Positions 21,419 to 30,973 of a stretch of 64,000 nucleotides of DNA are shown piece after piece. Under the pieces are notes generated by a model. The model did no database searches. It saw only the letters and a program-made list of their open reading frames with translations, and was not told the DNA's origin. Numbering within the stretch: the stretch's first letter is position 1; each line of letters begins with the position of its first letter. The position numbers and the translations under genes are program-made. Origin of the DNA: a candidate division FCPU426 bacterium (lineage in GTDB: Bacteria; Oederibacteriota; Muellerivitia; Muellerivitales; Muellerivitaceae); NCBI GenBank assembly GCA_003136635.1, contig PLFD01000035.1, positions 13,984 through 77,983 of the forward strand, written 5' to 3'.

Positions 21419-22204
21419 ATGCGGGAAAATATTAAATTGTATTGGACCGCCTTCAATACTGCCCTTCAGGCCAAATTTGAATATCGGGTAGATTTTTTTG
21501 TTGGTGTTCTCACCTCCTGCATGCTTCAACTTTCATCCTTATTTTTTCTTTGGATTGTTTTTCATCAAACCCCGAGCATCAACGGATGGATGCCCGATCA
21601 GGTAATTTTACTTTTCGGTATGACCGCCGCCGCTCTGGGTCTTTCGGAACTTTTCTTCAATCATATCTGGTTCGTTCCCTCTTACATTGTCCAGGGCGAC
21701 CTGGACCGCCTTTTAACTTACCCCGTCAATTCCCTTTATTTTCTTCTGATCACCCGGCCCGAACTGCATGCTTTTGGAAATCTGGCTACCGGCACTCTTT
21801 TGACTTCCTATGCCCTGATCCATTTAAACGCGCCATGGTACGCCTGGGTTCTTTTTCCGCTATTCGCCGTGAGCGGCTGCCTGATTTACACTGCGGCATT
21901 GGTGATTGCGGCATCCCTTTCTTTTAAATTTGTCGGGCCTACTTCGATCAACTTATTTATTACGAACATTCTTCTGAACGCCACCCGTTACCCCCTGAGT
22001 ATCTATCCCCAAGTCGTTCAGATCGTTCTTTTGGTATTGGTTCCCTACGGAGCCTTCCACTACCTGCCCGCCAGTTTGCTTTTAGGGAAAGACCTGAACC
22101 TTTGGATAATTCTGGTTACGCCTTTGGCGGCTTTGTGTTTCTTTTGGGAAGCGGGTTGGTTTTGGCGCTGGGGTCTTAACCAATACGAAAGCACTGGTTC
22201 TTGA
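21419..22204 (+). CDS. ABC-2 family permease (DUF990-like)
   Basis: EYRVDF, GDLDRLL.YP, YPLSIY, C-terminal YESTGS; start moved to MRENI after SD GGAGG. Confidence 0.88.
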   Translation: MRENIKLYWTAFNTALQAKFEYRVDFFVGVLTSCMLQLSSLFFLWIVFHQTPSINGWMPDQVILLFGMTAAALGLSELFFNHIWFVPSYIVQGDLDRLLTYPVNSLYFLLITRPELHAFGNLATGTLLTSYALIHLNAPWYAWVLFPLFAVSGCLIYTAALVIAASLSFKFVGPTSINLFITNILLNATRYPLSIYPQVVQIVLLVLVPYGAFHYLPASLLLGKDLNLWIILVTPLAALCFFWEAGWFWRWGLNQYESTGS

Positions 22205-22231
22205 GAAGATAAATTAGATTCGAATGATTAT

Positions 22232-23101
22232 TTAGCGGTAAATTTCGGGACGGAAGAAAAACCGGCGCTGAATGACCTGCTTGATCTTCGGTATATGTTT
22301 TTTGGCTTCCTTTTCACCCACCGCGATCATTTCTTTGCCCATGCTAAAATCAAAAAGATCAAATTTGGTCATATCCGGTTCAATAATGATGTCAGCGTTT
22401 TCCCGCCAGGAAGATTCTTCCTGGACAAAGAAATACCAAACCCGCATAAGAATTTGAAATACGTTAGACGCCGGCGGAAATACCTGATGGTGGCCGAACA
22501 GGTTGACCGCGATCACCACGTCCGCTCCCAGACCTTTTAACGCTTTTACCGGAACATTCTCGGCCATCCCGCCATCCGCCAATTGATGGCCTTCCAATTC
22601 CACCGGGGTATAAACACCCGGTATGGAGCAGGACGCGCGCACCGCTTTATCCAAAGGTCCATTGGTAAAGATAATTTCTTCCCCCGAGCATAAGTCCGTC
22701 GTGACTACCGCCAGGGGTTTCTTTAGCTGTGCGAAGTTTTCAACTTTTAAAAATTTTCGGATGTATTCCTCGATAGGCCCGGAGGAAACCAAGCCCTTGC
22801 GTGAAGGACGAAAAGAAAATAACTGCCCCCAGCCTGTTTGAATGCCGATTTCCTCAATGCGTGAAACCGACAGGCCCGAAGCGTAGGCCGCCGCGATAAT
22901 CGCCCCCGCGCTGGTGCCCGCGACACAATCCACGTGAATGCCCGCTTCTTCCAGTGCTTTGAGAACCCCTATCTGCGCCACGCCGTAAGCCACACCGCCG
23001 CAAAGAGCCAACCCAACCTTATACTGATTTTCCGCGACAGTCTTTTTCAGCTGGCTCAGAGTATAAAAATTAGGAGCGGCCTTGCGGTTTTTGGGGGGCA
23101 T
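22232..23101 (-). CDS. Patatin-like phospholipase
   Basis: LCGGVAYG, GTSAGA nucleophile motif, DGG. Confidence 0.92.
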   Translation of the reverse strand: MPPKNRKAAPNFYTLSQLKKTVAENQYKVGLALCGGVAYGVAQIGVLKALEEAGIHVDCVAGTSAGAIIAAAYASGLSVSRIEEIGIQTGWGQLFSFRPSRKGLVSSGPIEEYIRKFLKVENFAQLKKPLAVVTTDLCSGEEIIFTNGPLDKAVRASCSIPGVYTPVELEGHQLADGGMAENVPVKALKGLGADVVIAVNLFGHHQVFPPASNVFQILMRVWYFFVQEESSWRENADIIIEPDMTKFDLFDFSMGKEMIAVGEKEAKKHIPKIKQVIQRRFFFRPEIYR

Positions 23102-23110
23102 GGTGTTTTC

Positions 23111-23890
23111 TCACAAATCCGTAAATTGCGGCTGGCGTTTTTCCACAAAAGCCTTCACGCCTTCTTTCATATCAGGCGATTTGCAACAGGCGCCAAAACC
23201 CTCGAGTTCAACCTTTAGGCCCTCTTCCAAGGATAGTTGATCCAATCCCTGGTAAACCGCCTTCAGCGTCTGGGCAATCCCCACTGCCGGTTTCATGGCG
23301 ATTTTCTTGGCCAACCCCTGGGCTTGGCGCAGTACTTCGGCTTCCGGTACCACATGATTGACCAATCCCAAAGCTTTAGCATCTAGCGGAGGAATACTAT
23401 CGCCCGTAAGAATCCACTCCAGCGCTTTGCCCGTTCCCACCAGGCGGGATAACCGTTGGGTGCCGCCAAAGCCGGGGATGATTCCCAGGTTGATTTCCGG
23501 CTGACCCAGTTTGGCGTGATCCGACGCGATGCGGATGTGACAGGCCATCGCCAATTCCATCCCGCCGCCCAGACAAACGCCGTTAATGGCGGCAATGACG
23601 GGTTTTTTCAACCGTTCGATTTTCGTGAAAATCCTCTGGCCAAACCCCGCCGCTTTTTTACCATCTTCTTCCGATTGAATTTGAGAGAACTCTTTAATAT
23701 CAGCCCCCGCGATAAACACTGGACCGACGCCGGTGAGAACTATCACCTTCACATCTTTGGTCGTTTCGAGCTCGTCGAACATCGCTTCCAGTTCTTTCAA
23801 AACTTCCTGCGAAAGAGCATTGACCGGCGGATGGTTAATGGTAACTGTGGCGACTTTACTCTCGATAGCTACACTTAAAAATTGTCCCAT
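23111..23890 (-). CDS. Enoyl-CoA hydratase/isomerase
   Basis: FIAGADIKE, GGGMELAMAC, GQPEINLGIIPGFGGTQRL. Confidence 0.95.
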   Translation of the reverse strand: MGQFLSVAIESKVATVTINHPPVNALSQEVLKELEAMFDELETTKDVKVIVLTGVGPVFIAGADIKEFSQIQSEEDGKKAAGFGQRIFTKIERLKKPVIAAINGVCLGGGMELAMACHIRIASDHAKLGQPEINLGIIPGFGGTQRLSRLVGTGKALEWILTGDSIPPLDAKALGLVNHVVPEAEVLRQAQGLAKKIAMKPAVGIAQTLKAVYQGLDQLSLEEGLKVELEGFGACCKSPDMKEGVKAFVEKRQPQFTDL

Positions 23891-23910
23891 AAAAACCTCC
23901 AATTTTTTTG

Positions 23911-23995
23911 AACCACAGAGTACACAGAGTTTTCAGAGTAAAAAATTTTGATGAACATGAAATATTTTAAGCCTTACTTTGTGAACTCTGTGGTG
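23911..23995. repeat. Intergenic palindromic element (family A, copy 1)
   Basis: Arms aaccacagagtacacagagt / actttgtgaactctgtggtg around an AT-rich spacer. Confidence 0.75.
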
Positions 23996-24000
23996 AATAA

Positions 24001-25212
24001 TCAATAATTAAAAAAGCCTCTCTTTGTTTTTTGACCCAGGTAATTGGCCGAAACCATGCGTTTGAGAATCGGCGCGGGCCAAAAACGGGGGCCTAATTGC
24101 TTTGAAAACTCTTTCAGTTTTTCAACCACCACATCAATCCCAATGGCGTCAGCGGTATGCAACGGTCCGCCTTTATCCTGTGGATAACCCGTGCCCGCCA
24201 GCATGGCCAGGTCGATATCCGAGGGAGAAGCCACGTTTTCTTCCAAACAAAAAGCCGCTTCGTTAATCATTTGAAACACCAGCCGTTCGGGTGAAAAAGG
24301 CGTGCCCTTGATTCCGGTTTTGGCCTGAATCGCGTCAACCGTCGGTTTCAAATCGCCTGTTTTCGACTCGTCATAAACATAAAAACCAATCCCATTCTTC
24401 ACACCCAGTCGGTTGTTCTTATGCATTTCTCCCAAAATCTCGGCGGCTTTCATGCGGGGTCCGAAAGAATCATAAAGAATCATGGAAACATCGGCGCATA
24501 CATCCAATCCCAGCATATCCAAAAGGGCAAAAGGCCCCATGGGCATACCGAAAGCGCGCATCGCTTTGTCAATTTCATCAGCGGGGGCGGAGCCTTCCTG
24601 AAAAGCATAGGCCGCCTCATTGAGATATGGCAGTAAAAGTCGGTTCACCAAAAAACCTGCGCATTCTTTAACCCGAACCGGCATCTTGCGGAGCGATTCA
24701 ACAAAAGCAACGGCATCATCCACTGTTTCGGTTGAGGTTTGAAGACCCGGTATAACTTCAACCAGCTTCATGACGGGCGCCGGATTAAAAAAGTGAATGC
24801 CAATAACTTTATCGGACTTTTTCACCGCCGAGGCGATTTGGCTGATGGAAAGAGCGGAGGTATTGCTGGCCATAATGGCAGTTTCGGGCAGAACCTTTTC
24901 GAGTTCCTGGAATACCTGGTGCTTCACCTTCATGTTTTCAAAGACTGCTTCAATGACCAGGTCGCAGTCCTTAAAGTCGTCATAAGACGTGGTTCCCATT
25001 ACCAGCTTCATCTTTTGGTCCATTTCAGAAGCGGTCATTTTACCTTTGTCCACGCGGCCCTGATAAACCTTGCGGATCATCCCAATGCCCTTGTCCACGC
25101 GCTCCTGATCCGTATCTTTCAAAACCACCGGAAGGCCGGAAAAAGAAATCACCTGCGCGATACCGGCGCCCATTGCCCCCGCGCCCACCACACCCGCCTT
25201 ATAAATGAACAT
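24001..25212 (-). CDS. 3-hydroxyacyl-CoA dehydrogenase with duplicated C-terminal domain
   Basis: GAGAMGAGIA, VIEAVFE, SNTS, HFFNP, GFLVNR, PMGP; second 3HCDH C-domain. Confidence 0.93.
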   Translation of the reverse strand: MFIYKAGVVGAGAMGAGIAQVISFSGLPVVLKDTDQERVDKGIGMIRKVYQGRVDKGKMTASEMDQKMKLVMGTTSYDDFKDCDLVIEAVFENMKVKHQVFQELEKVLPETAIMASNTSALSISQIASAVKKSDKVIGIHFFNPAPVMKLVEVIPGLQTSTETVDDAVAFVESLRKMPVRVKECAGFLVNRLLLPYLNEAAYAFQEGSAPADEIDKAMRAFGMPMGPFALLDMLGLDVCADVSMILYDSFGPRMKAAEILGEMHKNNRLGVKNGIGFYVYDESKTGDLKPTVDAIQAKTGIKGTPFSPERLVFQMINEAAFCLEENVASPSDIDLAMLAGTGYPQDKGGPLHTADAIGIDVVVEKLKEFSKQLGPRFWPAPILKRMVSANYLGQKTKRGFFNY

Positions 25213-25395
25213 AACCGCCTCCGTTTTCACTTGGGGTATACAGGCTCAACGCTCAAGAAGACTTGCGAATTTGATTGTAAAGCTCAGGGGAGGCAGGTAC
25301 AAGTAGGATTGCCTTTAAAAATAAAAAGCTCCGGAACTAGCCAAGAGCTTTCAAAAGAATTTATGAATTAAAAAATTTGATTAGCTGTTTTAGAT

Positions 25396-26679
25396 TTAGT
25401 AACCACTTGCCGGTGCAGCGGTAAAAGTAACTGAACCATTGGCTCCATTGGAACTGACACCGTAGTCGGTATAAACCCCATTATTTGATTCCAAAACCGA
25501 CGTAGTTCCCGAGAACGATGTTAAATTTTCAATAAGGGAAATAATACCGCCGCCAGAATTACCAATTGCCATAATGCTTGAGCTTCCTGATGATCCTGCG
25601 TTCGCGGTTAATTTACCTGAGCCTGTAATAGTACTGGCTTCTATTAGAATGGAGCCACCCGCGCCGCCCGCGCCGTCTTCATACCCGCACCCGCAACTAC
25701 CACAACCAGCGAAACCATCCATATCTATTGTTCCATTAATAACTGCAGGGGCAACTTGATTGGTCGCGGGATTGTAAACAACAATCCAAATCAAACCACC
25801 ACCCCAACCCGCTGGAGCAATATAAATTCCACCGCACATATTTGGCTCTCCACCACCGCTTCCCATATAAACCGGGTGAACAGGATCATCATTGGCCGCG
25901 CCACCCTTAACAACGCTATAAGCATCGTTAACATATGACGGCAAAAGAAAACCATAACCACCCATTCCCCCATGTCCCGCCCCACTGGACGGATAGCCAT
26001 TATTGTCTGAACTGGAAAAACCATTTCCGGGACCCCACATATTCGGTTGACCAGGCCCAACAGCTCCGCCCCCGTAAGTCACAGGCAACCCATTTGCGGC
26101 AGAAAAAGTTATATCGGGTGTTGTATTAGTTTCTGTTGACCAATATCCCAGTCCCCTAATCGTCGCACCCGCCCCCAAAGTAAAAGACTGGGCGAAAATA
26201 GTAACTCCGCCGCCTAAAGTCACCAGCGCACTGCCGCTGATATCAACTGTATTAAAATAATAGTCGCCTCCCTGCAGTATCGTGGTGCCTGAACTCATAA
26301 TAAAATTCGAACTGGAAACGGTAAAAGTAGCCGTATTGGTCGGGGTATATGTTTCTGTAGGCGTATAAGTATTTGTGACTGTATTCGTTGCGGTTTTTGT
26401 CGCGGTATTGGTAGCGGTGTCTGTCGGCGTACTGGTGATAATATTAGTTGCTGTGTTGGTAAGCGTAATTGTTGGGGTATTTGTAAAAGTGTTTATCGGC
26501 AACCCAGTAGCTGTGTTAGTGGGGGTATTAGTCGAAGAAAAAGTCGGCGTAAAAGTTATAGAAAGTAAAGAAGCTGAAGTGGGAAGAACTCCCGTATTCT
26601 TATTACAAGCCCAGGGCAATACACCCGTTAACAACAAACCAAGAATTAGAAATAGGTTTAAATAGTTTCGATTTCTCAT
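25396..26679 (-). CDS. Lipoprotein with Thr-rich linker and glycine-rich (GGG-repeat) domain
   Basis: Lipobox LPWA-C; TPT linker; GAGHGG.GG, GSGGG, GGGLI, GGAGGSI repeats. Confidence 0.75.
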   Translation of the reverse strand: MRNRNYLNLFLILGLLLTGVLPWACNKNTGVLPTSASLLSITFTPTFSSTNTPTNTATGLPINTFTNTPTITLTNTATNIITSTPTDTATNTATKTATNTVTNTYTPTETYTPTNTATFTVSSSNFIMSSGTTILQGGDYYFNTVDISGSALVTLGGGVTIFAQSFTLGAGATIRGLGYWSTETNTTPDITFSAANGLPVTYGGGAVGPGQPNMWGPGNGFSSSDNNGYPSSGAGHGGMGGYGFLLPSYVNDAYSVVKGGAANDDPVHPVYMGSGGGEPNMCGGIYIAPAGWGGGLIWIVVYNPATNQVAPAVINGTIDMDGFAGCGSCGCGYEDGAGGAGGSILIEASTITGSGKLTANAGSSGSSSIMAIGNSGGGIISLIENLTSFSGTTSVLESNNGVYTDYGVSSNGANGSVTFTAAPASGY

Positions 26680-26800
26680 GTAGTTATCATACTCTTCTGA
26701 TGACCCCTTCCAATGTTAAATCGTTAAATTCCCCTAAAAGTGCCTAATTTATGGCTAAAACACTTTTTGAAATTACGGATTTTTGAATCCGGAATGGCCT

Positions 26801-28711
26801 TTATTGACCTAATTGAGTGACGGTTTGAAGTTCGCTATTCATGACTGATATGACCCTGGCATTCGTGTCAAACCCCCGTTGGGCGATAATCATATTGGTT
26901 AATTCGACCGTCAAATCCACATTGGAACCTTCTAACGAATCGCCTTCAATGGTTCCCAAACCGTTTTGGCCCGCCAAACCAAGCTGCATCGCTCCGGAAT
27001 TACGGGAGGTGGAATAATAATTACTGCCCGTATTATTAAGTCCATCCGGGTTATTCACTGAAGCCAGCGCCACTTGCGCCAGATTCAGCTTTTGACCATT
27101 AGAAAAAGACCCAATGATTTTGCCTGATTCATCAAAATTAAGACTCTGTAAGGTTCCGTCCGAATAGCCGTTCTGTGTAGCCCCGACGTGGCTGTCCGGT
27201 ACATAAGTATTCACCCCGTTAATCGTCTGATAAGTTCCCTGAGCATCGCCCGTAAGGCCATCGCGCTGCCCCACTCCTATCGCCCCAAAAGTCCCAAAGT
27301 TCAAAGTAACTTGCGTGATTTCCGCACCCGTACTGGGAATCGGAGAAATGGGTAAAGGATTATTAACGGGCGGAAGATAGATATGGGGAGAAGCCGGAAA
27401 TCCGCCGGAGGGTGGAACGCCAAAAATATTACCAGGCGGAACGCCAAAACCCCCGCCAGCTGAGGCTAAAGACCCATCCGTATTAAAATAAATGAGATCG
27501 CCTATTTCAATCTGTCCCAGCACTCCTTCGTCGTAACCGGACAGAGGCGCGGTATCCCCCTCAAGAATTCCAGTCCCGCCTAACAAACTAGCGGTCGAAA
27601 CCGCTTGTCCCCCCGTGGTGTCAAAGGCATACCAGGCATAGGCCGCCTGACTGGGACCGGTCGTGGTATTAATTCCCCCCGCGCCCAAATCATTCACTTG
27701 ATAAAATTGAATCGTAACCTGCCTCTGTTGTCCATTGGAGTCATAAACCGTTTCACTTATTTGTGTCGCGGGCGGCAGCGGCGGTTGTTGTTCCCAGGCG
27801 TAATTGCCTTGGTTAGCCGTCACTAAATTGAGGTCAATCCCAAAATCCACAATGGGCGACTGAGCCGCCGTAAAATCCGCGGTTTGCTGGATGGCGTAAG
27901 ACGTTGCGGCGGTCACCGGACCCGGAGGGATGGCTTGTTCTGTCGCGACCGCCGGATTCAACGTGGGAAACCCCGCCAAAAGCCCCTGGTCAATGCTTAC
28001 CGCCAAAGGCAAGACAGGCTGTCCGTTGGGATTTATATTCAGAACTCCGCCGCTAGTCGTGGCTTGCTGAAAGGCATCCAAATTTCCCTGAAGATTCATC
28101 ACCGTCGTGGCCTTCGGCGGCATGGTCATATTGGGATTAATTTGAATGTTGGTGATATTCGCCGTATCCGATGTATTCAATTGGTAAGAGGCGTTTGTAA
28201 TCACAGCCGGTACAGAGGGAGGAGCAAAAGGAGATCCTAAATTAGAAAAACTATTAATTGTCGTTCGTGTGTATTGAAGACTGGCGTTATAACCCTGAAT
28301 GAGTCCGCCATTGCCATCCACTAAATTTCCATTGCTATCAAAATTCAAATTACCCGCGCGGGTTAGGTAAGTTCCGCTTCCACTTTTAGCGACTAAAAAT
28401 CCATTTCCCTGAATAGAGATATCTGTGGAGACACCGGTCGCCTGAGTTGACCCCTGCGCAAAATTGGCCTGGATGGATTGAACCCTGGTGCCTGTCCCCA
28501 GCGACCTCGGATCAACACCGCCCATTTCGGACAAGGCATTATCGCCCGATCCGTTGAAAAGGGATTGGTTGAACTGATCCGCGAAACTCACCGAACTGGA
28601 CTTATAGCCGGTGGTATTGGAGTTGGAAATATTATTTCCAATCACGTCTAACCACGTACTATCCGATTGCAGCCCGGAGATCGCGCTATAGAGGGCGGAT
28701 GAAGCCATCAA
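26801..28711 (-). CDS. flgE: Flagellar hook protein FlgE-like, elongated (636 aa)
   Basis: SGL...LDVIGNNISNSNTTGYK, GNGF, TRAGN, NGYSDGTL, LEGSNVDLTVELTNMIIAQRGFDTNARVI. Confidence 0.88.
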   Translation of the reverse strand: MMASSALYSAISGLQSDSTWLDVIGNNISNSNTTGYKSSSVSFADQFNQSLFNGSGDNALSEMGGVDPRSLGTGTRVQSIQANFAQGSTQATGVSTDISIQGNGFLVAKSGSGTYLTRAGNLNFDSNGNLVDGNGGLIQGYNASLQYTRTTINSFSNLGSPFAPPSVPAVITNASYQLNTSDTANITNIQINPNMTMPPKATTVMNLQGNLDAFQQATTSGGVLNINPNGQPVLPLAVSIDQGLLAGFPTLNPAVATEQAIPPGPVTAATSYAIQQTADFTAAQSPIVDFGIDLNLVTANQGNYAWEQQPPLPPATQISETVYDSNGQQRQVTIQFYQVNDLGAGGINTTTGPSQAAYAWYAFDTTGGQAVSTASLLGGTGILEGDTAPLSGYDEGVLGQIEIGDLIYFNTDGSLASAGGGFGVPPGNIFGVPPSGGFPASPHIYLPPVNNPLPISPIPSTGAEITQVTLNFGTFGAIGVGQRDGLTGDAQGTYQTINGVNTYVPDSHVGATQNGYSDGTLQSLNFDESGKIIGSFSNGQKLNLAQVALASVNNPDGLNNTGSNYYSTSRNSGAMQLGLAGQNGLGTIEGDSLEGSNVDLTVELTNMIIAQRGFDTNARVISVMNSELQTVTQLGQ

Positions 28712-28763
28712 TTGTCACTTTCGAATAATGTCAGTGTCGTCAGGGCGTGGTAAATCGCCTCAC

Positions 28764-28791
28764 CTAACGGCTTTTTTTAAGGAATTCTTGA
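28764..28791 (-). promoter_or_regulatory. Sigma28 (FliA)-like promoter
   Basis: Minus strand TCAAG-N15-GCCGTTAG about 50 nt upstream of flgE (consensus TAAA/TCAAG-N15-GCCGATAA). Confidence 0.45.
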
Positions 28792-28862
28792 GGAAAAACG
28801 GAGGTAATCCGGCAGATAAACCGGCTAAAAACCAATAAAAACAAAAGAAAATTCATGAGGAC

Positions 28863-28902
28863 AAAAAAATACCGCCTTTTCCAATGAAGAAAAGACGGTA
28901 TT
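28863..28902 (-). terminator. Rho-independent terminator after the SET gene
   Basis: Minus strand: aataccgtcttttc-ttcattg-gaaaaggcggtattttttt. Confidence 0.7.
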
Positions 28903-28918
28903 AAGAATTAAAGGATGA

Positions 28919-29419
28919 TTAAACCGCTACCGGTGTTTTAGAACGAAATTGGGGTCCCACTTGCACCTTGCCGGTGCAACTGGCTGTACCACAATGGCAG
29001 TTAAACTCGTAAGTCCAGTTGCCAATGTTGTCGGTCTTACGGTAGTCCCAGCTGATTTCCTCACCCGCCGGAATATCCCGGGAAGCGAGAAGAATAATGC
29101 CGTTCTCAATATGCGCGCTGGGAGTACAGGCGTGGTTCACGAAACAGAGAGGGTCGCAGCCGTTTTCATAATCATGAAGCATGATGAAACCGGGATAAAT
29201 ATACATCGCATGATCGATATTCAGCTTTTCGGGCGCGACGTTCTTTTTTAAAGTATCAATGTCTTCTTCGGGCATCACGATTCCGCCGAAAACCCCAACC
29301 ACGTCTCCCTTTTTAATTTTACGAACGGAGTAAACCCCTTTACCTTCCATACCGCTTTGCTTCACCTCAACCGCTTCACTCACCCAAGGCTTTATTTTCA
29401 TGAGCTTTTGTTCAACCAT
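28919..29419 (-). CDS. SET domain protein (putative lysine methyltransferase) with post-SET motif
   Basis: GKGVY, FVNHAC.P, RDIPAGEEISWDY, CHCGTASC. Confidence 0.9.
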   Translation of the reverse strand: MVEQKLMKIKPWVSEAVEVKQSGMEGKGVYSVRKIKKGDVVGVFGGIVMPEEDIDTLKKNVAPEKLNIDHAMYIYPGFIMLHDYENGCDPLCFVNHACTPSAHIENGIILLASRDIPAGEEISWDYRKTDNIGNWTYEFNCHCGTASCTGKVQVGPQFRSKTPVAV

Positions 29420-29555
29420 CCTTCTTCTCGTAATACCTGGGTTAAACCCCGGCTTGGGGAGTGATTCTAGCGCAAAGGGTCCCCCGGTTCATGGATTGTT
29501 TGGGGGCTTTTCGGGGGGTTTAAAAGGGGTTTTGAAAATATCTTTTAAGGTAGCT

Positions 29556-30020
29556 TCAAATGTGACAGCTTCCCAGACCCCGTTTGGCCAGGTATTGCTG
29601 GTGATAATCCTCGGCTTTCCAAAAGGTTTTGGCGGGCACAATTTCAGTCACGATCTCCCGGGGAAAGAGCTTCTGCGCTTTTTCCTTGGAAGCCTTGGCG
29701 GTTTTTTCCTGCTCGGGGCTATGGAAAAAAATGGCCGAGCGGTATTGGGTGCCGACATCCGGACCCTGGCGGTTTAACGTGGTCGGGTTATGCCCCTTCC
29801 AGAAAACATCCAGAAGAGCGTCATAGCCAATTTGGGCGGGATCGTAAGTGACTTCCACCACTTCGGCATGAAGGGTGCGGCCAGTGCAGACATCCTCGTA
29901 AGTTGGGCGTTCCAAATGGCCACCCTCATAACCGACGGCGGTAGATGTGACGCCTTTTAATTGGCGGAAAGATTCTTCCACTCCCCAAAAACAGCCTGCC
30001 CCAAAAGTAGCTTTTTCCAT
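29556..30020 (-). CDS. msrA: Peptide methionine sulfoxide reductase A
   Basis: [26 protein letters not shown]. Confidence 0.97.
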   Translation of the reverse strand: MEKATFGAGCFWGVEESFRQLKGVTSTAVGYEGGHLERPTYEDVCTGRTLHAEVVEVTYDPAQIGYDALLDVFWKGHNPTTLNRQGPDVGTQYRSAIFFHSPEQEKTAKASKEKAQKLFPREIVTEIVPAKTFWKAEDYHQQYLAKRGLGSCHI

Positions 30021-30052
30021 GATGTCCTCCTAAACTTTTAAAAAATTGATTG

Positions 30053-30184
30053 AACCACAAAGTTCACAAAGTAAGGCAAAACTTCGGTTAAAGCTGAAAC
30101 CAAAAAATATCTTAAACCTCAAATAGTTTATGCCTTAATCAAATTATTTCGATTCACTTTGTGAACTCTGTGTACTCCGTGGTG
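30053..30184. repeat. Intergenic palindromic element (family A, copy 2, inverted relative to copy 1)
   Basis: aaccacaaagttcacaaagtaaggc matches the reverse complement of 23971-23995 at 23/25; right arm ctttgtgaactctgtgtactccgtggtg. Confidence 0.75.
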
Positions 30185-30209
30185 AAATTTTATCGTCTTA
30201 CCCCTTTTA

Positions 30210-30235
30210 TACTGAAAAAGAAGAAAAGAAGTTAC
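30210..30235 (-). promoter_or_regulatory. ECF (SigF/ECF16-like) promoter for msrA
   Basis: Minus strand GTAACT-N16-AGTA, same as upstream of the DUF2282 gene. Confidence 0.6.
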
Positions 30236-30320
30236 TTCGCTATGCAGCCTTTTGGTTAATTCGTTTCCCTCGGTGTCATAGCCATCCTCCACAATTAACG
30301 TCGTTGGCAATAGGGATCAG

Positions 30321-30369
30321 ACAAAAAAGAAAAACCCCGTAAAAACGTTTCTCTGTCTTTACGAGGTTC
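30321..30369 (-). terminator. Rho-independent terminator after hicAB
   Basis: Minus strand: aacctcgtaaaag...tttttacggggtttttcttttt. Confidence 0.55.
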
Positions 30370-30408
30370 AATTTCAGTGTTTTTATATTCTCTTGTCATA
30401 AGCACGGT

Positions 30409-30627
30409 TTAGGCAAAAGCCAACTTTCTACCTTTTGGCCGGGGGATTTCACGTCCTTCTTCCTTAGCCGTATGAATCCATTCTTTGATAATTACCTGAA
30501 CATTCTTTAATGATTTGCCATAAGTTTCTCCATCGGCCATACAACCGGGCAATTCTGGAACCTCCGCAATAAAAGCGTGGTCGTCTTCACTCCAATAGAT
30601 AATCACTTCGTATTTGTCATTCGCCAT
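30409..30627 (-). CDS. hicB: HicB-family antitoxin (short, no DNA-binding domain)
   Basis: YEVIIYWSEDD.AFIAEVPELPGCMADG...W......GREIP.P. Confidence 0.9.
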   Translation of the reverse strand: MANDKYEVIIYWSEDDHAFIAEVPELPGCMADGETYGKSLKNVQVIIKEWIHTAKEEGREIPRPKGRKLAFA

Positions 30628-30877
30628 TTAATCCTCCAAACTTGTACTTCAAAATCAATCCTCTAACTTGTTTAACTTGATAAGGCTTCGCTTTATTGCC
30701 GTCCGATTGCAAATTGATGATTTCTTCTACTCCATCTTTTACAAAAATATGATGACTGCCTTTCACGCGTTCCCGAAATTCCAAATCTTTGAGCAAATGA
30801 CATAATTCACTAAAACGAATATTGACATCAGCCCTGCCGCTTAGGATTTGTGCTAAAAGCCTTTTTTTCTTACTCAA
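30617..30877 (-). CDS. hicA: HicA-family toxin
   Basis: KGSHHIF, EIINLQ, KAKPYQVKQV; overlaps hicB. Confidence 0.9.
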   Translation of the reverse strand: MSKKKRLLAQILSGRADVNIRFSELCHLLKDLEFRERVKGSHHIFVKDGVEEIINLQSDGNKAKPYQVKQVRGLILKYKFGGLNGE

Positions 30878-30973
30878 ATATCTATCCTTTGTTGATTATA
30901 CCTAAAAACATGAAAAACTGCCTAATACCCGATGAGTGAGCATTGTCGACAAACAAACCGCGGCTGGCAAACC

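Noticed and set aside
30128-30310. 60-aa ORF between msrA and hicB (also 43218..43448)
   Set aside because: Overlaps a repeat element and promoter or AT-rich regulatory DNA; no SD or family features
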